From Proteobacteria bacterium UBA981 (GTDB lineage Bacteria; Pseudomonadota; Gammaproteobacteria; Ga0077536): a stretch of DNA of 64,000 nt. The stretch lies in contig DBBP01000021.1 of NCBI GenBank assembly GCA_002292285.1, positions 12,328-76,327 on the forward strand, written 5' to 3'. This document shows, piece by piece, positions 1 to 9,805 of this stretch; the stretch's first letter is position 1, and each line of letters opens with the position of its first letter. The position numbers and the translations under genes were made by a program. The notes under the pieces are model-generated. The model had not been told where the DNA came from. It did no database searches and saw only the letters and a program-made list of their open reading frames with translations.

Positions 1-547
1 GCCAATCGAATGTTTCACCGAGCAAGGTCTTAAAACCAGCGGCGCGAGCTACGCATTTGATATCGTGATCTTCGCAACCGGTTTTGATGCGGTGACCGGC
101 GCCCTGAATCGCGTCGATATTCGCGGCGAAGATGACCACGCGCTGAAAGATAAACGGGATGACGGACCGAGCGCCTATCTCGGTATGAGCACCACGGGTT
201 TCCCAAATATGTTTATCACTGGTGGTCCGCACAACTCATCGAGCTTTTGCAATATCCCCCGCTGTCTGGAACAGAACGTCGAATGGATTACAGACTGCAT
301 CGCCTATATGCGCGAGCACGGCTATTCGCGTATTGAGGCTACCGACACCGCCGAAGCGGCATGGACGCAACATGTACTCGAATCTGCCGATGAAACGTTA
401 CTCACTAAAACTGATTCGTGGTTCATGGGCGCGAATATTCCAGGCAAAAAGCGTGTGTTTCTGAACTACGTCGGTGGCGTCCCGACGTTTCGAGCGAAGT
501 GCGCAGAAGTCGCGGGCCAGGACTACGCAGGATTTGTGTTGTCGTAG
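1..547 (+). CDS. Baeyer-Villiger-type flavin monooxygenase, C-terminal part (truncated by window edge)
   Basis: IFATGFDA motif, GFPNMF and SWFMGANIPGK C-terminal motifs typical of cyclohexanone/phenylacetone monooxygenases. Confidence 0.88.
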   Translation, partial: PIECFTEQGLKTSGASYAFDIVIFATGFDAVTGALNRVDIRGEDDHALKDKRDDGPSAYLGMSTTGFPNMFITGGPHNSSSFCNIPRCLEQNVEWITDCIAYMREHGYSRIEATDTAEAAWTQHVLESADETLLTKTDSWFMGANIPGKKRVFLNYVGGVPTFRAKCAEVAGQDYAGFVLS

Positions 548-622
548 CCACGCTGCGACCAACACGGTCATGCGTTACACCATCTGCGTATTGCCAAGCG
601 CGAAGTACACGCGTTTAATCAT

Positions 623-952
623 GTGATGAAACAGCCTTCCAAACCCCACGACGTCGGCGGCCTCGCTGGCGGACCCATTGACCCAGGCGAACACGATATC
701 GCCTATTGGGAATGGCAAATCGATGCGATGATTCGTCTGGCCCTAAAAAAGGGGCTGATTTCGGACTTCGCGGAAATGCGCGACGGCATAGAACGCCTTG
801 CGCCAGAAGATTACGAACGTCTGAATTACTACGAGCGCTGGGCAACATCGTTGGCGCACACGCTCCTTGGTAAAGGCGTTGTATCGCGTGAGGCACTTGA
901 TGCCAAAGTCGCGGAGATCCGCGCGCGCCAATCCGCCGAGGCGTCACAGTGA
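623..952 (+). CDS. Nitrile hydratase beta-subunit N-terminal-like / thiocyanate hydrolase beta (ScnB)-like subunit
   Basis: HDVGG start motif, WE..IDA, EMRDGIERL and YYERW motifs of the NHase beta N-domain. Confidence 0.82.
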   Translation: MMKQPSKPHDVGGLAGGPIDPGEHDIAYWEWQIDAMIRLALKKGLISDFAEMRDGIERLAPEDYERLNYYERWATSLAHTLLGKGVVSREALDAKVAEIRARQSAEASQ

Positions 953-1236
953 GTGAACCCCGGTTTGCATTGGGTCAGCGTGTGCGCATTGCCGCACGCG
1001 ATGTGGCTGTGCATCACCGCGTACCGGCGTACGCACAAGGGCACGTCGGTACAGTCGAGAGAATCTGTGGCCTGTACGGGCAGCCAGAAACCTATATCCA
1101 TGGCGACGGACAACCCTTCACTCGACTCTATCGGATAAGCCTCGCACAAACCGATTTGTGGCCAGACTACAGCGGCAGTTCGCGAGACCGCCTCGACATA
1201 GAAATTTTTGAACATTGGCTGGAAGCAAGCTCATGA
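949..1236 (+). CDS. Nitrile hydratase beta-subunit C-terminal SH3-like / thiocyanate hydrolase alpha (ScnA)-like subunit
   Basis: RFALGQRVRI, HHRVPAYAQGHVGTV, DLWPDY, IEIFEHWLE; GTGA overlap with upstream gene. Confidence 0.82.
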   Translation: MSEPRFALGQRVRIAARDVAVHHRVPAYAQGHVGTVERICGLYGQPETYIHGDGQPFTRLYRISLAQTDLWPDYSGSSRDRLDIEIFEHWLEASS

Positions 1237-1874
1237 GCGACCACCACGACCATGATCACGCGCGCACGTTTCAACCCGACCATACCGAACCGACCAGCGA
1301 TGCCGCATTGCTCGGCCTTGCCCTGCGCGAGTTATTAATCAGCGACGGACATTACACGGCACAAGAAGAGCTCAGGATGATGGACGCGATGCAAAAAGCG
1401 TCCCCGCATAACGGCGCGCTGCTGGCTGCTCGGGCGTGGACAGACCCCGATTTCAAACATCGCTTACTCAATGACGGCGCGAATGCGATCAAGGAAATGG
1501 GCTTCAACCTGCTGCCGATTGAGTTCACCGTGCATGAGAATACCGACAGTACACACAATGTCATCGTGTGTACTTTGTGCTCGTGTTACCCGCGCGGCCT
1601 GCTCGGCATGTCACCTGCCTGGTACAAGTCGAAAAATTATCGCGCACGAGTCGTTCGCGAGCCGCGCACGGTGTTGAAAGAATTTGGTGTGCAGCTCGGC
1701 AACGATGTAGAAGTTCGTGTGCACGACTCAACGGCGGAGCTACGCTACATGGTGCTACCGCAACGACCTCGGGGGACCGAGGGTTGGAGCGCCGAGCAGC
1801 TCGCGGCCGTGGTGACCCGCGATGCGCTCATCGGCACCCAGCGTGACCTCGATATCAACGCGGTCGCCGACTGA
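1233..1874 (+). CDS. Cobalt-type nitrile hydratase alpha / thiocyanate hydrolase gamma (ScnC)-like catalytic subunit
   Basis: Metal-binding VCTLCSCYP motif (Thr/Tyr = Co type), ARAWTDPDFK, His-rich N-terminus; ATGA overlap at 1233-1236. Confidence 0.9.
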   Translation: MSDHHDHDHARTFQPDHTEPTSDAALLGLALRELLISDGHYTAQEELRMMDAMQKASPHNGALLAARAWTDPDFKHRLLNDGANAIKEMGFNLLPIEFTVHENTDSTHNVIVCTLCSCYPRGLLGMSPAWYKSKNYRARVVREPRTVLKEFGVQLGNDVEVRVHDSTAELRYMVLPQRPRGTEGWSAEQLAAVVTRDALIGTQRDLDINAVAD

Positions 1875-1962
1875 ACAAAAACACGCGAATTCCTCGGCGA
1901 CTTTAGCTCCGGGATTTAAAACGCCCGAAGGTTGCCGCCAATCCCGACCACTTCACCGCGTC

Positions 1963-2379
1963 TTATTCCCCGGATGAGATCGGATCAAGGCGTACAAAAC
2001 GCCGCGGCGGGAAGCCCGTCAAAAAGCGGAACGTCAGGCTATGTGGATGCGCATTGCGCACACGGTCTCGCTCGGCGCCATCGATGGGCACCGCGGTATG
2101 TGCCCTCGGTTCACCCGTTGTGTCGGCAACCATCACATGCGGATTTTCCAACGCCTGGTGGTACCACGCGCGTGGCCAGTGATTCGCAGAGATGTACAGC
2201 TTGCCGGCAGAGTCGAGACGACTGACAACACGCGGGTGAGCGACGCCATCATCACCGGTCGTCGTAATAATCAGCGAGGTTTGGCCAGCCGGTTGCGCAT
2301 ACCCCAACCAGGTTTCAAACCCGACCACGGCCAGCACGTACACAAACGATAACCCGATCAACACTTTACTTGCTTTCAT
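1963..2379 (-). CDS. Membrane-anchored nitroreductase/deazaflavin-dependent oxidoreductase-like split-barrel protein
   Basis: N-terminal hydrophobic helix, ITTTG, WYHQALENPHV, VRLDP ending. Confidence 0.6.
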   Translation of the reverse strand: MKASKVLIGLSFVYVLAVVGFETWLGYAQPAGQTSLIITTTGDDGVAHPRVVSRLDSAGKLYISANHWPRAWYHQALENPHVMVADTTGEPRAHTAVPIDGAERDRVRNAHPHSLTFRFLTGFPPRRFVRLDPISSGE

Positions 2380-2399
2380 GCTCTGCTCCGTTGCTGATG

Positions 2400-3416
2400 T
2401 CAGCTGCGTAACTGCTCGATCACACGCGTCTCAATGTCGAAATCCCACGACATATTCCACAATGGGTCGTTCATCGGTGCTTGCATCCGATCATGCCCAT
2501 TGGCCATAAACCACTCATACGTTTGCTGATGTCCGGCTGCGAAATCAAACTCGGGCTCGAAACCGAGTAGGCGGCGCGCCTTGTCGATGCTCAACATCGA
2601 ATGCAGAATTTTCTGAAAGCGATGATTGAATGGTAAGGGTGATTCAATTTGCTCAAGTACAGCGTCCGGGACCATGACGATATCGGGCTCAACACCGACA
2701 ATAGCGCCGATAGTCTTCACGTAGTGGCTAGCGGTAACGGAATCTGCGGTGATGTTAAAAATTTCGCCGACAGCGCGTGGTTGTTCTGCGGCCAGTACCA
2801 TGGCGCGAGCCAAATCCGCAGCATGCCCATAAGGGAAGCTGACCAGTCCGTCGTGCGGTAGCAATACCGGACGCCGCTGCAGCAAACGCAGGAACATCGC
2901 CATCTCGCCGTCGGGAATGTTGTTGTGCGGGCCATACACTGCAGCGGGTCGCACGACGGTGTAACGGAAACCAGTTTGCTCGCGACGCTCGGCGAGCTGG
3001 CGTTCTACCGTGGCTTTGTGTCCACCATAGCGCGTCGGTCGGGAGCGCGAAGTCGGCAAAGTCTCAGTCCACGGGAAGGCCCCGTTGCCGATTCGGTAGG
3101 CGGCAATCGAACTGACGAACAAATACATCCCGCAACGACCATCGAGGAAATCGACCAGTGCAGCAATCTGCTCAGCACTGGTCACTTGCTGAGATGCGCT
3201 GACGTCATAGACCACATCCCATTCCCGATCGGCCAGAACCTTGATCATCGACGCGTGATCCTTGCGGTCGGCAATAAGCTGTTCGACGCCCGCTGGCGGC
3301 GCATTGCCACCTCGATTCAAAACCGTGACTTCGTCACCGCGCGCGAGCAGGTACTCGACCAGGTGGCGGCCGATGAATACCGTACCGCCCAGCACCAGCG
3401 CCCGCGCGCCGCTCAC
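2400..3416 (-). CDS. NAD-dependent epimerase/dehydratase family protein
   Basis: LVLGGTVFIG Rossmann motif, YGGHK (YxxxK), RPAAVYGP. Confidence 0.85.
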   Translation of the reverse strand: MSGARALVLGGTVFIGRHLVEYLLARGDEVTVLNRGGNAPPAGVEQLIADRKDHASMIKVLADREWDVVYDVSASQQVTSAEQIAALVDFLDGRCGMYLFVSSIAAYRIGNGAFPWTETLPTSRSRPTRYGGHKATVERQLAERREQTGFRYTVVRPAAVYGPHNNIPDGEMAMFLRLLQRRPVLLPHDGLVSFPYGHAADLARAMVLAAEQPRAVGEIFNITADSVTASHYVKTIGAIVGVEPDIVMVPDAVLEQIESPLPFNHRFQKILHSMLSIDKARRLLGFEPEFDFAAGHQQTYEWFMANGHDRMQAPMNDPLWNMSWDFDIETRVIEQLRS

Positions 3417-3600
3417 GAACGGCTCCCGCGCGATGACCGGGTCACGCCCAAATTGTCTTCCAACTTATCCAACCCATCGACTCCATTGATATGTTGCCTA
3501 TCCTTATCGATGGCTATCCGGGCCACCGCGCCGTGCGTGCCTGGGTGTCTTTCGCTTGAGGACAGCAATCGTTACGTTCCAAAACCCCGGCGCATCGGGG

Positions 3601-5577
3601 TTACGGTGCAGCTTTGAGAGCGAATGCCATTAGGTGATCGGTGGACTCAGTCAAACCGGCCCAATGTCCACCGACCGCGAGCACCACAAACTGACGCGGA
3701 TCAGAAGCCGTGCGGTAGCTCATCGGTACCGATGCGGCCTGGCTGGGCAAGCGTAGCTTTAGCAGCTCCGCGCCATCGGCCGCCGCGTAAACGCGCAGAT
3801 AGTGATCGACTGTCGCAGCGATAAATATCAAACCTGAGCGGGTCAGCAGCGGCCCACCGAATCCGGGCGAACCCTCAAAGAACCGCCCGACCACCGGTAG
3901 GGCATCGGCGAGCGTCCCCAGCGGCACCTGCCAGAGCTTGTCCCCCGAAATCAGGTCTATCGCAGAAAGTGTCGCCCACGGGGGTGCGGAACAAGGCGCC
4001 CCCAACGGTGAATTCAGGACGTCCATGGTGACGCAGTAAGGTGTGCCAAGTTGCGGTAGCTCGCGGCCGCTCTTGCCGCACTGCGCGCGCGGAATAAGCT
4101 TTGCGACAATCGGCAAGTGCACGGTGTTGGCGATAAGAATTTTGCGTTGCGGATCGATCGCAGGCGAACCCCAGTTGTTGCCGCCGGTCGGTGCCGGATA
4201 CAGAACAGTACCGGTTTCGCTGATTGGGGTGTAGATCGGGCCGCTGTCGAGGCCGGCAATCTTGTCGCGGCATTGACCGCGGTCCCAGAACGTCAGGCCC
4301 CAGGCGTCTTGCGGGCCGAAATCGAGTGCGTGCAGATGATCGGGCTTGAGCGGAAACGGTTGGGTAGGCGCCAGATACTCACCAGCGACTGCGCCCTTCT
4401 GTGGCACCGATCGTTGCTCAATCGGAAATAAGGACTCACCATTGCGCCGGTCCAGCACCCACGTCATGCCCATCTTGGTCATTTGAACCAACGCCGGTAC
4501 GGTTCTGCCTTCGAGATCCAAATCGACCAGCGTGGGTTGCGACGGTACGTCGAAATCCCAGATGTCGTGATGAACAGTCTGCACGTGCCAGTCTACTTCG
4601 CCGCTACTCGCATCCAGTGCCACCACGGAGCTCGAATAGTGGTCGAGATGGCCCTCGCGATGGCCACCATAGTAGTCCGGTGAACTGTTGCCGGTTGGGA
4701 CATAGACGCGATTGAGTTTTTCATCGACGGTGATGACCGACCACACGTTGGTGGTCCCGCGCACATAGTGACCTTCCGCGTCGACCGCTGGCCGCCCCGG
4801 CGCGACCGGATTCCACGCCCAGCGTTGTTCACCACTGCGCAGATCGAATGCTCGCACAACGCCGGCCGGCACCTGGGTATCCCAGGCGTCGAGAACGAAC
4901 GCGCCAGTCACCAGCAGACCGTTGATAATCGCCGGCGGGCTCGTGATTGCATACGCACGTGCTTCGTGCGGACCGATGTTTGCCGCCAGTTCAATCTGTC
5001 CGTCATCAGAAAAGTCATCGCAGCGTTGCCCGGTCTCACCGTCGAGCGCAATGATGCGTGCGTCCAATGTTGGTGCGTAGATGCGCAACCGACAAGCCGC
5101 GCCCTTCGGACGTTCAGGGTCAACCCAACTCGACACGCCGCGGCAGTTCGTCAGCAGCCGTTTGCTCATATCGACTTGCGGGTCGAACATCCAGACTTCC
5201 GCGCCGGTAGCTGGGTTCAGGGCAAATACCCGATTGAACGGGGTGCAGTAAAAGAGCTTGTCTTCTACCACGATAGGCGTGGCCTGGAACGCGCTCGCGG
5301 GTAACATTTTGTCGAGATCAAAGTCTGTTGCATTGGCGGCCGGCCCCTGCCTGACATCACCAGAGCGATGCACCCAGGCGAGTTCCAGAGAATCGACGTT
5401 TGCGGCTGTAATTTGTGCCAGCGGCGTGTAATGACCGCCACCCGCAGTCCCGCCCCATGCCGGCCAATCGGTCTCGGGCGCTTGTTCCAGCACCGTCGGC
5501 TCGATTGAACGCTCGCAGCCAGCGCCGAACAGGAGAGCGCTAACCAGCAAAGCGCTTAACGTGATTGTGCGAGACAT
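3601..5577 (-). CDS. PQQ-dependent glucose/quinate/shikimate dehydrogenase family lipoprotein
   Basis: Lipobox-like LFGAGC, DWPAWGG, QATPIV, CRGVS, QTVHHDIWDFD, GGNNWG; start reassigned to ATG at 5577. Confidence 0.88.
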   Translation of the reverse strand: MSRTITLSALLVSALLFGAGCERSIEPTVLEQAPETDWPAWGGTAGGGHYTPLAQITAANVDSLELAWVHRSGDVRQGPAANATDFDLDKMLPASAFQATPIVVEDKLFYCTPFNRVFALNPATGAEVWMFDPQVDMSKRLLTNCRGVSSWVDPERPKGAACRLRIYAPTLDARIIALDGETGQRCDDFSDDGQIELAANIGPHEARAYAITSPPAIINGLLVTGAFVLDAWDTQVPAGVVRAFDLRSGEQRWAWNPVAPGRPAVDAEGHYVRGTTNVWSVITVDEKLNRVYVPTGNSSPDYYGGHREGHLDHYSSSVVALDASSGEVDWHVQTVHHDIWDFDVPSQPTLVDLDLEGRTVPALVQMTKMGMTWVLDRRNGESLFPIEQRSVPQKGAVAGEYLAPTQPFPLKPDHLHALDFGPQDAWGLTFWDRGQCRDKIAGLDSGPIYTPISETGTVLYPAPTGGNNWGSPAIDPQRKILIANTVHLPIVAKLIPRAQCGKSGRELPQLGTPYCVTMDVLNSPLGAPCSAPPWATLSAIDLISGDKLWQVPLGTLADALPVVGRFFEGSPGFGGPLLTRSGLIFIAATVDHYLRVYAAADGAELLKLRLPSQAASVPMSYRTASDPRQFVVLAVGGHWAGLTESTDHLMAFALKAAP

Positions 5578-5866
5578 GTGTGGTGTCCTCCCTGCCAAGT
5601 TGAGTATACGGCGGATCCCGGAATCCAATAAGCTTGCCGCCCCCGCCGACGCGAGCTCCACTGGAAAAGTCGATTTGCGCCAGGCGGCCAAACAACGGGT
5701 TTTTCGAGACAACGCCCTCGTGAGGCTTACCCGGCAACTTTGCACCAAACACGAATTCCCGCAAAGATAACTCGACCCGCATAACGGTCCGCTGCGTGCT
5801 GACACGGCAGCGCAGGTGATGTCGGTATACTGCCCCACTGTAGTGCCCATTCACGTACCCGAGAAC

Positions 5867-7345
5867 ATGAACAGTTCTGCCCACGACCCCGACGCACCCG
5901 TGCATGAATGCGGCTTCTTACTCATTGCCGATATGGAGAGTTCGACACTGAGCAAGTTCGTGCTTGGTGAGCTCGAGGCATTCAAGGCGTTACGAACGCA
6001 CAATCGTCTCGCAATCAATGAGTGTCTGACAGCGACGCCTGTGCCCGGGGTGATTGTTAATTCACTCGGCGATGCGATCGTCGCCAAATTTATTGCCACC
6101 GATGATTCACGCGCGGCGTTACAGAGTTGCCTTACGGCCGCGCGCGCCATCGTCGCTGCTTTCGAGCAACTACCCGCCCTGCCGAACAAATCGGGGCCCG
6201 GTTTCCGCCTGCGCAGCAAACTGCTGCTGCAACACTACAACGCCTTCAACTATGGCATTCGCGATGCTGACGATATTCTGAGCGACGAACTGGTCGGCGC
6301 CGATATTGACCAGGCGTTCCGGCTCGCACCTGTAGCCTGGCGCCTACAGGTTCTGGTCACCGATGCTTTTATGAGCGAACTGATGCGTGAAGCCACACTG
6401 CCGAGCGGCGCCGCCTGTGATTCACAAGCGTTACTCGATCGCGCTCGCCTCGCGCGCCACAGTGGGGCCTTGAGCCCGGAGCGATTGCGCGGTATCGAAC
6501 AGCCGCTCACACTCAACGACATCCATTGTTGGGTCACCGATGCCCGCGAGATTGCCCGCCTGAAAGGTATCGGACAGAGCCGTCGAGTCTATGCACTCGC
6601 TTTCGAACGTCCGCAGGCGCTTATCGATCGCGGCGACCAACAGCGCCTGACGATTAAAGTCCGGCAGAATCACCATGCGGTGATTCTCGCAAGCATTTCG
6701 CTGGCCGAAACGGTGAACGACAACTACATCGAACACGTCGTCGCCAAACTGCGCGATGGGAGCCACGGAAATCAGCTCGATAGTGAAGTGACCCTGATCG
6801 CGGCAGCGAAAGTGTATGGCGAGTTTGATTTTTTCTTTCGCGTGACCTGCATCGACGATGTTTCTCTGCGGCGCTTTTTCGACGCCATTCATGCCGATTC
6901 TTTTGGCGTCAGCCATATCGAAGTCCGCTCAACATTGACCGATCACATCGCCATGACGCGCCAGTACGCACGAATTCTGCAGCGCTTTGCCGATCGCCCT
7001 TACGAACTCGTACTGACCTGGTTCGAGGCGATTCCTGGTCGCGATGTGTTCGAAGAACTAAAAGTCATTCTGCACGCTGATACGGCAGGTCGATCGGCGG
7101 TAGAGATACTCGAGATGGGCGAGGTGATTCACCACACGCCGGTGTATGCGATTTTTGTGTGCGAGAGCCTGCGTGATTACGCTGCTTTTTTCCCCCTTCA
7201 CGGACTTAGTCCAACTGGCTGTCGCTCCCACGTCGGACACATTGACCGACCTGCAGATGCCCAGTTGCGCTACAGCCTGATGGACGGTGTTTATATGCCG
7301 CGTGGATCAAGGAACGCTCCAATCTCGCGAACGCGCAGCACTTAA
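5867..7345 (+). CDS. Class III nucleotide cyclase domain fused to C-terminal Lrp/AsnC ligand-binding-like domain(s)
   Basis: IADMESST (first metal Asp), LGDA (second Asp), GADIDQAFRL helix, LKG motif; C-terminal KVYGEFDFFFRV resembles the Lrp/AsnC GxxD motif. Confidence 0.65.
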   Translation: MNSSAHDPDAPVHECGFLLIADMESSTLSKFVLGELEAFKALRTHNRLAINECLTATPVPGVIVNSLGDAIVAKFIATDDSRAALQSCLTAARAIVAAFEQLPALPNKSGPGFRLRSKLLLQHYNAFNYGIRDADDILSDELVGADIDQAFRLAPVAWRLQVLVTDAFMSELMREATLPSGAACDSQALLDRARLARHSGALSPERLRGIEQPLTLNDIHCWVTDAREIARLKGIGQSRRVYALAFERPQALIDRGDQQRLTIKVRQNHHAVILASISLAETVNDNYIEHVVAKLRDGSHGNQLDSEVTLIAAAKVYGEFDFFFRVTCIDDVSLRRFFDAIHADSFGVSHIEVRSTLTDHIAMTRQYARILQRFADRPYELVLTWFEAIPGRDVFEELKVILHADTAGRSAVEILEMGEVIHHTPVYAIFVCESLRDYAAFFPLHGLSPTGCRSHVGHIDRPADAQLRYSLMDGVYMPRGSRNAPISRTRST

Positions 7346-7437
7346 GGAACCGCGGCTGCGGCGATCGAGCTACGTTGTTCAAGTCCGATAAATGAGTACC
7401 ACAGAACGCGGTGCCGGCGCCTTTTATTAATCACGCC

Positions 7438-8190
7438 TCAACTGCGCGCGATGAAGTCCCTGACGAGACGATTGAATTCATCGCTATGGGTGAGATGCGG
7501 GTTATGGCCTGCGTCTTCGAACACCAGGTACTCTGCGCCCGCAATCTGACGCTGAAATGCCTCAGCATGGCGAGCTTTGATGAGCGGATCTTTGGCGCCA
7601 TGCAGGACCAGGCTCGGACACGCAATTTGCTCAAGCGGCGGAATTCCCACCGCGCCGCCAGCTGCGTGCAAACGCCCCATCACGTCACACCATTGGCCCC
7701 ATGTGTCGCCCCAATAATCCGGGCCGTATATCTCTGTCAGGGCAGCGCACACTTTCGGCGGCCAACTCGCGACGTCGCGGCGCGCCTCAAAGCTGGCAAT
7801 ATCTTCATCATCAACCGCTGACACCCCGCCCCAGAAAATCAATCGGGCCACCAATTCCGGACGAGTCGCCGCAAGACATAAAGCGACCGCAGCGCCCTCG
7901 CTCCAGCCAACAATCGTCGCCCCGGCGACACCCAGACAATCAAGCATCGCAGCCATGTCATCGGCGTCGCGCTGATAGAAGTCGTCAGGGTAATCCCGCA
8001 ACGGCGGGCGCGAACCACCGTAACCGCGTCGCTCCGGGGCGATCACGCGAAAATCGTCCGAGAACGCAGACAGTTGCTTCGAGAAATCGCCATACGCGGT
8101 GCCGAGAGTTCCGCCCAACAGAACTATCGGCGCGCCGGCACCAAGATCTTCGTAATGCAATTCAATACCGCGTACGGAAACTTTAGTCAT
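7438..8190 (-). CDS. Alpha/beta hydrolase (valacyclovir hydrolase/BPHL-like)
   Basis: GWSEG nucleophile elbow, RGYGGSRPP, HGAKD, AGHNPHL. Confidence 0.85.
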   Translation of the reverse strand: MTKVSVRGIELHYEDLGAGAPIVLLGGTLGTAYGDFSKQLSAFSDDFRVIAPERRGYGGSRPPLRDYPDDFYQRDADDMAAMLDCLGVAGATIVGWSEGAAVALCLAATRPELVARLIFWGGVSAVDDEDIASFEARRDVASWPPKVCAALTEIYGPDYWGDTWGQWCDVMGRLHAAGGAVGIPPLEQIACPSLVLHGAKDPLIKARHAEAFQRQIAGAEYLVFEDAGHNPHLTHSDEFNRLVRDFIARS

Positions 8191-8411
8191 GCTCTTCGCT
8201 ATCCATTCTTCACTCAACGTGATTCTATTCGGACGCGAAGCATCACGCGTTTCGAATGTGCTGAACTTCGACATAGCTGCGTAGAAGGTAGCGATCTGCA
8301 ACCCCGCACAGATTTCATTTATCGCCAAAAAAACGCTTTGGTTTCGGGCGCTATCGGCCTACGACTCTCTGACACGGACCGATACGACGCCTTCCCAGAC
8401 CCGGCGTGCAT

Positions 8412-8969
8412 TCATCGACACGGGTCGGGCGCAGGACGAATGTCTTTGTCGATTTTGGCTCGGGATACAGGGCCAAACCGATAGCCTGCCACCTTCGGAT
8501 AACGATCAGGGCGACTATCGTTTTTGCACATGAAAACGATCTCAGGTCTCTGGTCTGGCGACAGGCCGTCCGTGCCGACTCGATGACCTGCGGCCAGGAT
8601 CAGCCCGCAAGGTTCGCCTTGTCTGATGCGCTCGGGCGGCTGCGTCACCAATTCACCAGCGGCGTTGACCGAAGCAATCCGTGCATCGTTGGACTTGCTC
8701 GCTAACTCGACGTAGCCATTGTCATTCAGCGCGAATGTTTTCGGCGTTGCCCCGCAAACCCGCAAGGTGATATCGGATTCGAGTTGTTCGTAGCGCCTGA
8801 AGTACCACAGCCGACCCTCGTCCTTGTGCCAGTAAACGACCGCTTTGCGTTGTTCGCCGTCCTCGGTCGCGACCTCGCCCTCGGCCTGGTACTGATAGAG
8901 ACTCACGCACCCAGACATAACCAGTGATGCGGTGAGCAGCAATAATGCCTTCCATCGATTCATGATCAT
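8412..8969 (-). CDS. Hypothetical lipoprotein
   Basis: MIMNRWKALLLLTASLVMSGC lipoprotein signal; ATGA overlap with upstream gene stop. Confidence 0.7.
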   Translation of the reverse strand: MIMNRWKALLLLTASLVMSGCVSLYQYQAEGEVATEDGEQRKAVVYWHKDEGRLWYFRRYEQLESDITLRVCGATPKTFALNDNGYVELASKSNDARIASVNAAGELVTQPPERIRQGEPCGLILAAGHRVGTDGLSPDQRPEIVFMCKNDSRPDRYPKVAGYRFGPVSRAKIDKDIRPAPDPCR

Positions 8970-9805
8970 CCCCACAACATGTCGACAAGATTGTCGCCGA
9001 GCGCAGGATTGCTCCAGTACGAAGTGTGCGCGAACAACCATTGCGCGCCAGATACAACGACGTGACCGTGTAGCAACCAGCTTGCGCCCAGCACCGACGG
9101 GCCGTAACGGCTCTCCACCGGTCCTTTGGCACCGTCAGTGGCAACTGGCGCTCCGAATAGGCTGCCGCTGACTATCGGATCGAGGCGGTTGTAGTAGTTG
9201 TGCCAGGACAAAAGATTGAATTCGGCGTTTTCGATGCTGTTAATTTTTCGTTTTTCAAAAATTTTAACGCCCGCGATTTCAAGGCCGAGCCCGAGCGGGC
9301 TGCCGATCGTAACCAGTCCTTGCACTGGCCATGAGCTGCGATCGTCACCCTTGAAATAACGGGCCTTGGTGATCAATTCATTAATGACATCGATGGCGTA
9401 AATGCTGCCGAGACTGTGCGCAACCACAACGACTTGGTTTTGGGATCGATATGATTCGAGGATCTTTTCTTGCAATCCCTGACGGATCGCTTTCGCGGTG
9501 CTGGTGTTTTTCGCCGTCGTAACCACATCACCTACGAGATCGACGACTGTTTCCAGTGCCTTGCCAACCAGTGGATTCCCGCTGGTAATTGCCTTACCGA
9601 TACGTTTGTAAAATTCTTGCGCGTCGTCATTGATGTCCTCGTAAAGATATCCCTCCGACTGAAATTCCTTCTCGATGTGATTCTCGGCGAGGGAGCGGTT
9701 GATCAGCGACCGGATTTGCTGCGCGCTCTCGATATCATCGTCCTCGCCACTGATCACCCCATGTACAACGATGACGTGTGCAGGCTTCCTAAAATCTACG
9801 GGCAT
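8966..9805 (-). CDS. Lipase-like alpha/beta-fold hydrolase
   Basis: VHGV oxyanion motif, AHSLG elbow, TIGSPLG, DPIV Asp, AHTSYW His. Confidence 0.7.
   Translation of the reverse strand: MPVDFRKPAHVIVVHGVISGEDDDIESAQQIRSLINRSLAENHIEKEFQSEGYLYEDINDDAQEFYKRIGKAITSGNPLVGKALETVVDLVGDVVTTAKNTSTAKAIRQGLQEKILESYRSQNQVVVVAHSLGSIYAIDVINELITKARYFKGDDRSSWPVQGLVTIGSPLGLGLEIAGVKIFEKRKINSIENAEFNLLSWHNYYNRLDPIVSGSLFGAPVATDGAKGPVESRYGPSVLGASWLLHGHVVVSGAQWLFAHTSYWSNPALGDNLVDMLWG

Noticed and set aside
2925-3617. Long antisense/overlapping ORFs (e.g. 2925-3617, 10098-10862, 36446-37120, 52930-53646)
   Set aside because: Shadow ORFs of well-supported genes in GC-rich DNA, with no recognisable motifs
5578-5850. 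91-aa N-terminal extension of the PQQ dehydrogenase
   Set aside because: Non-protein-like composition; the lipoprotein signal begins at ATG 5577
5867-7345. Pycsar/CBASS-type defence system
   Set aside because: No adjacent cyclic-nucleotide-binding TM/TIR effector or other defence genes; the flanking genes are metabolic
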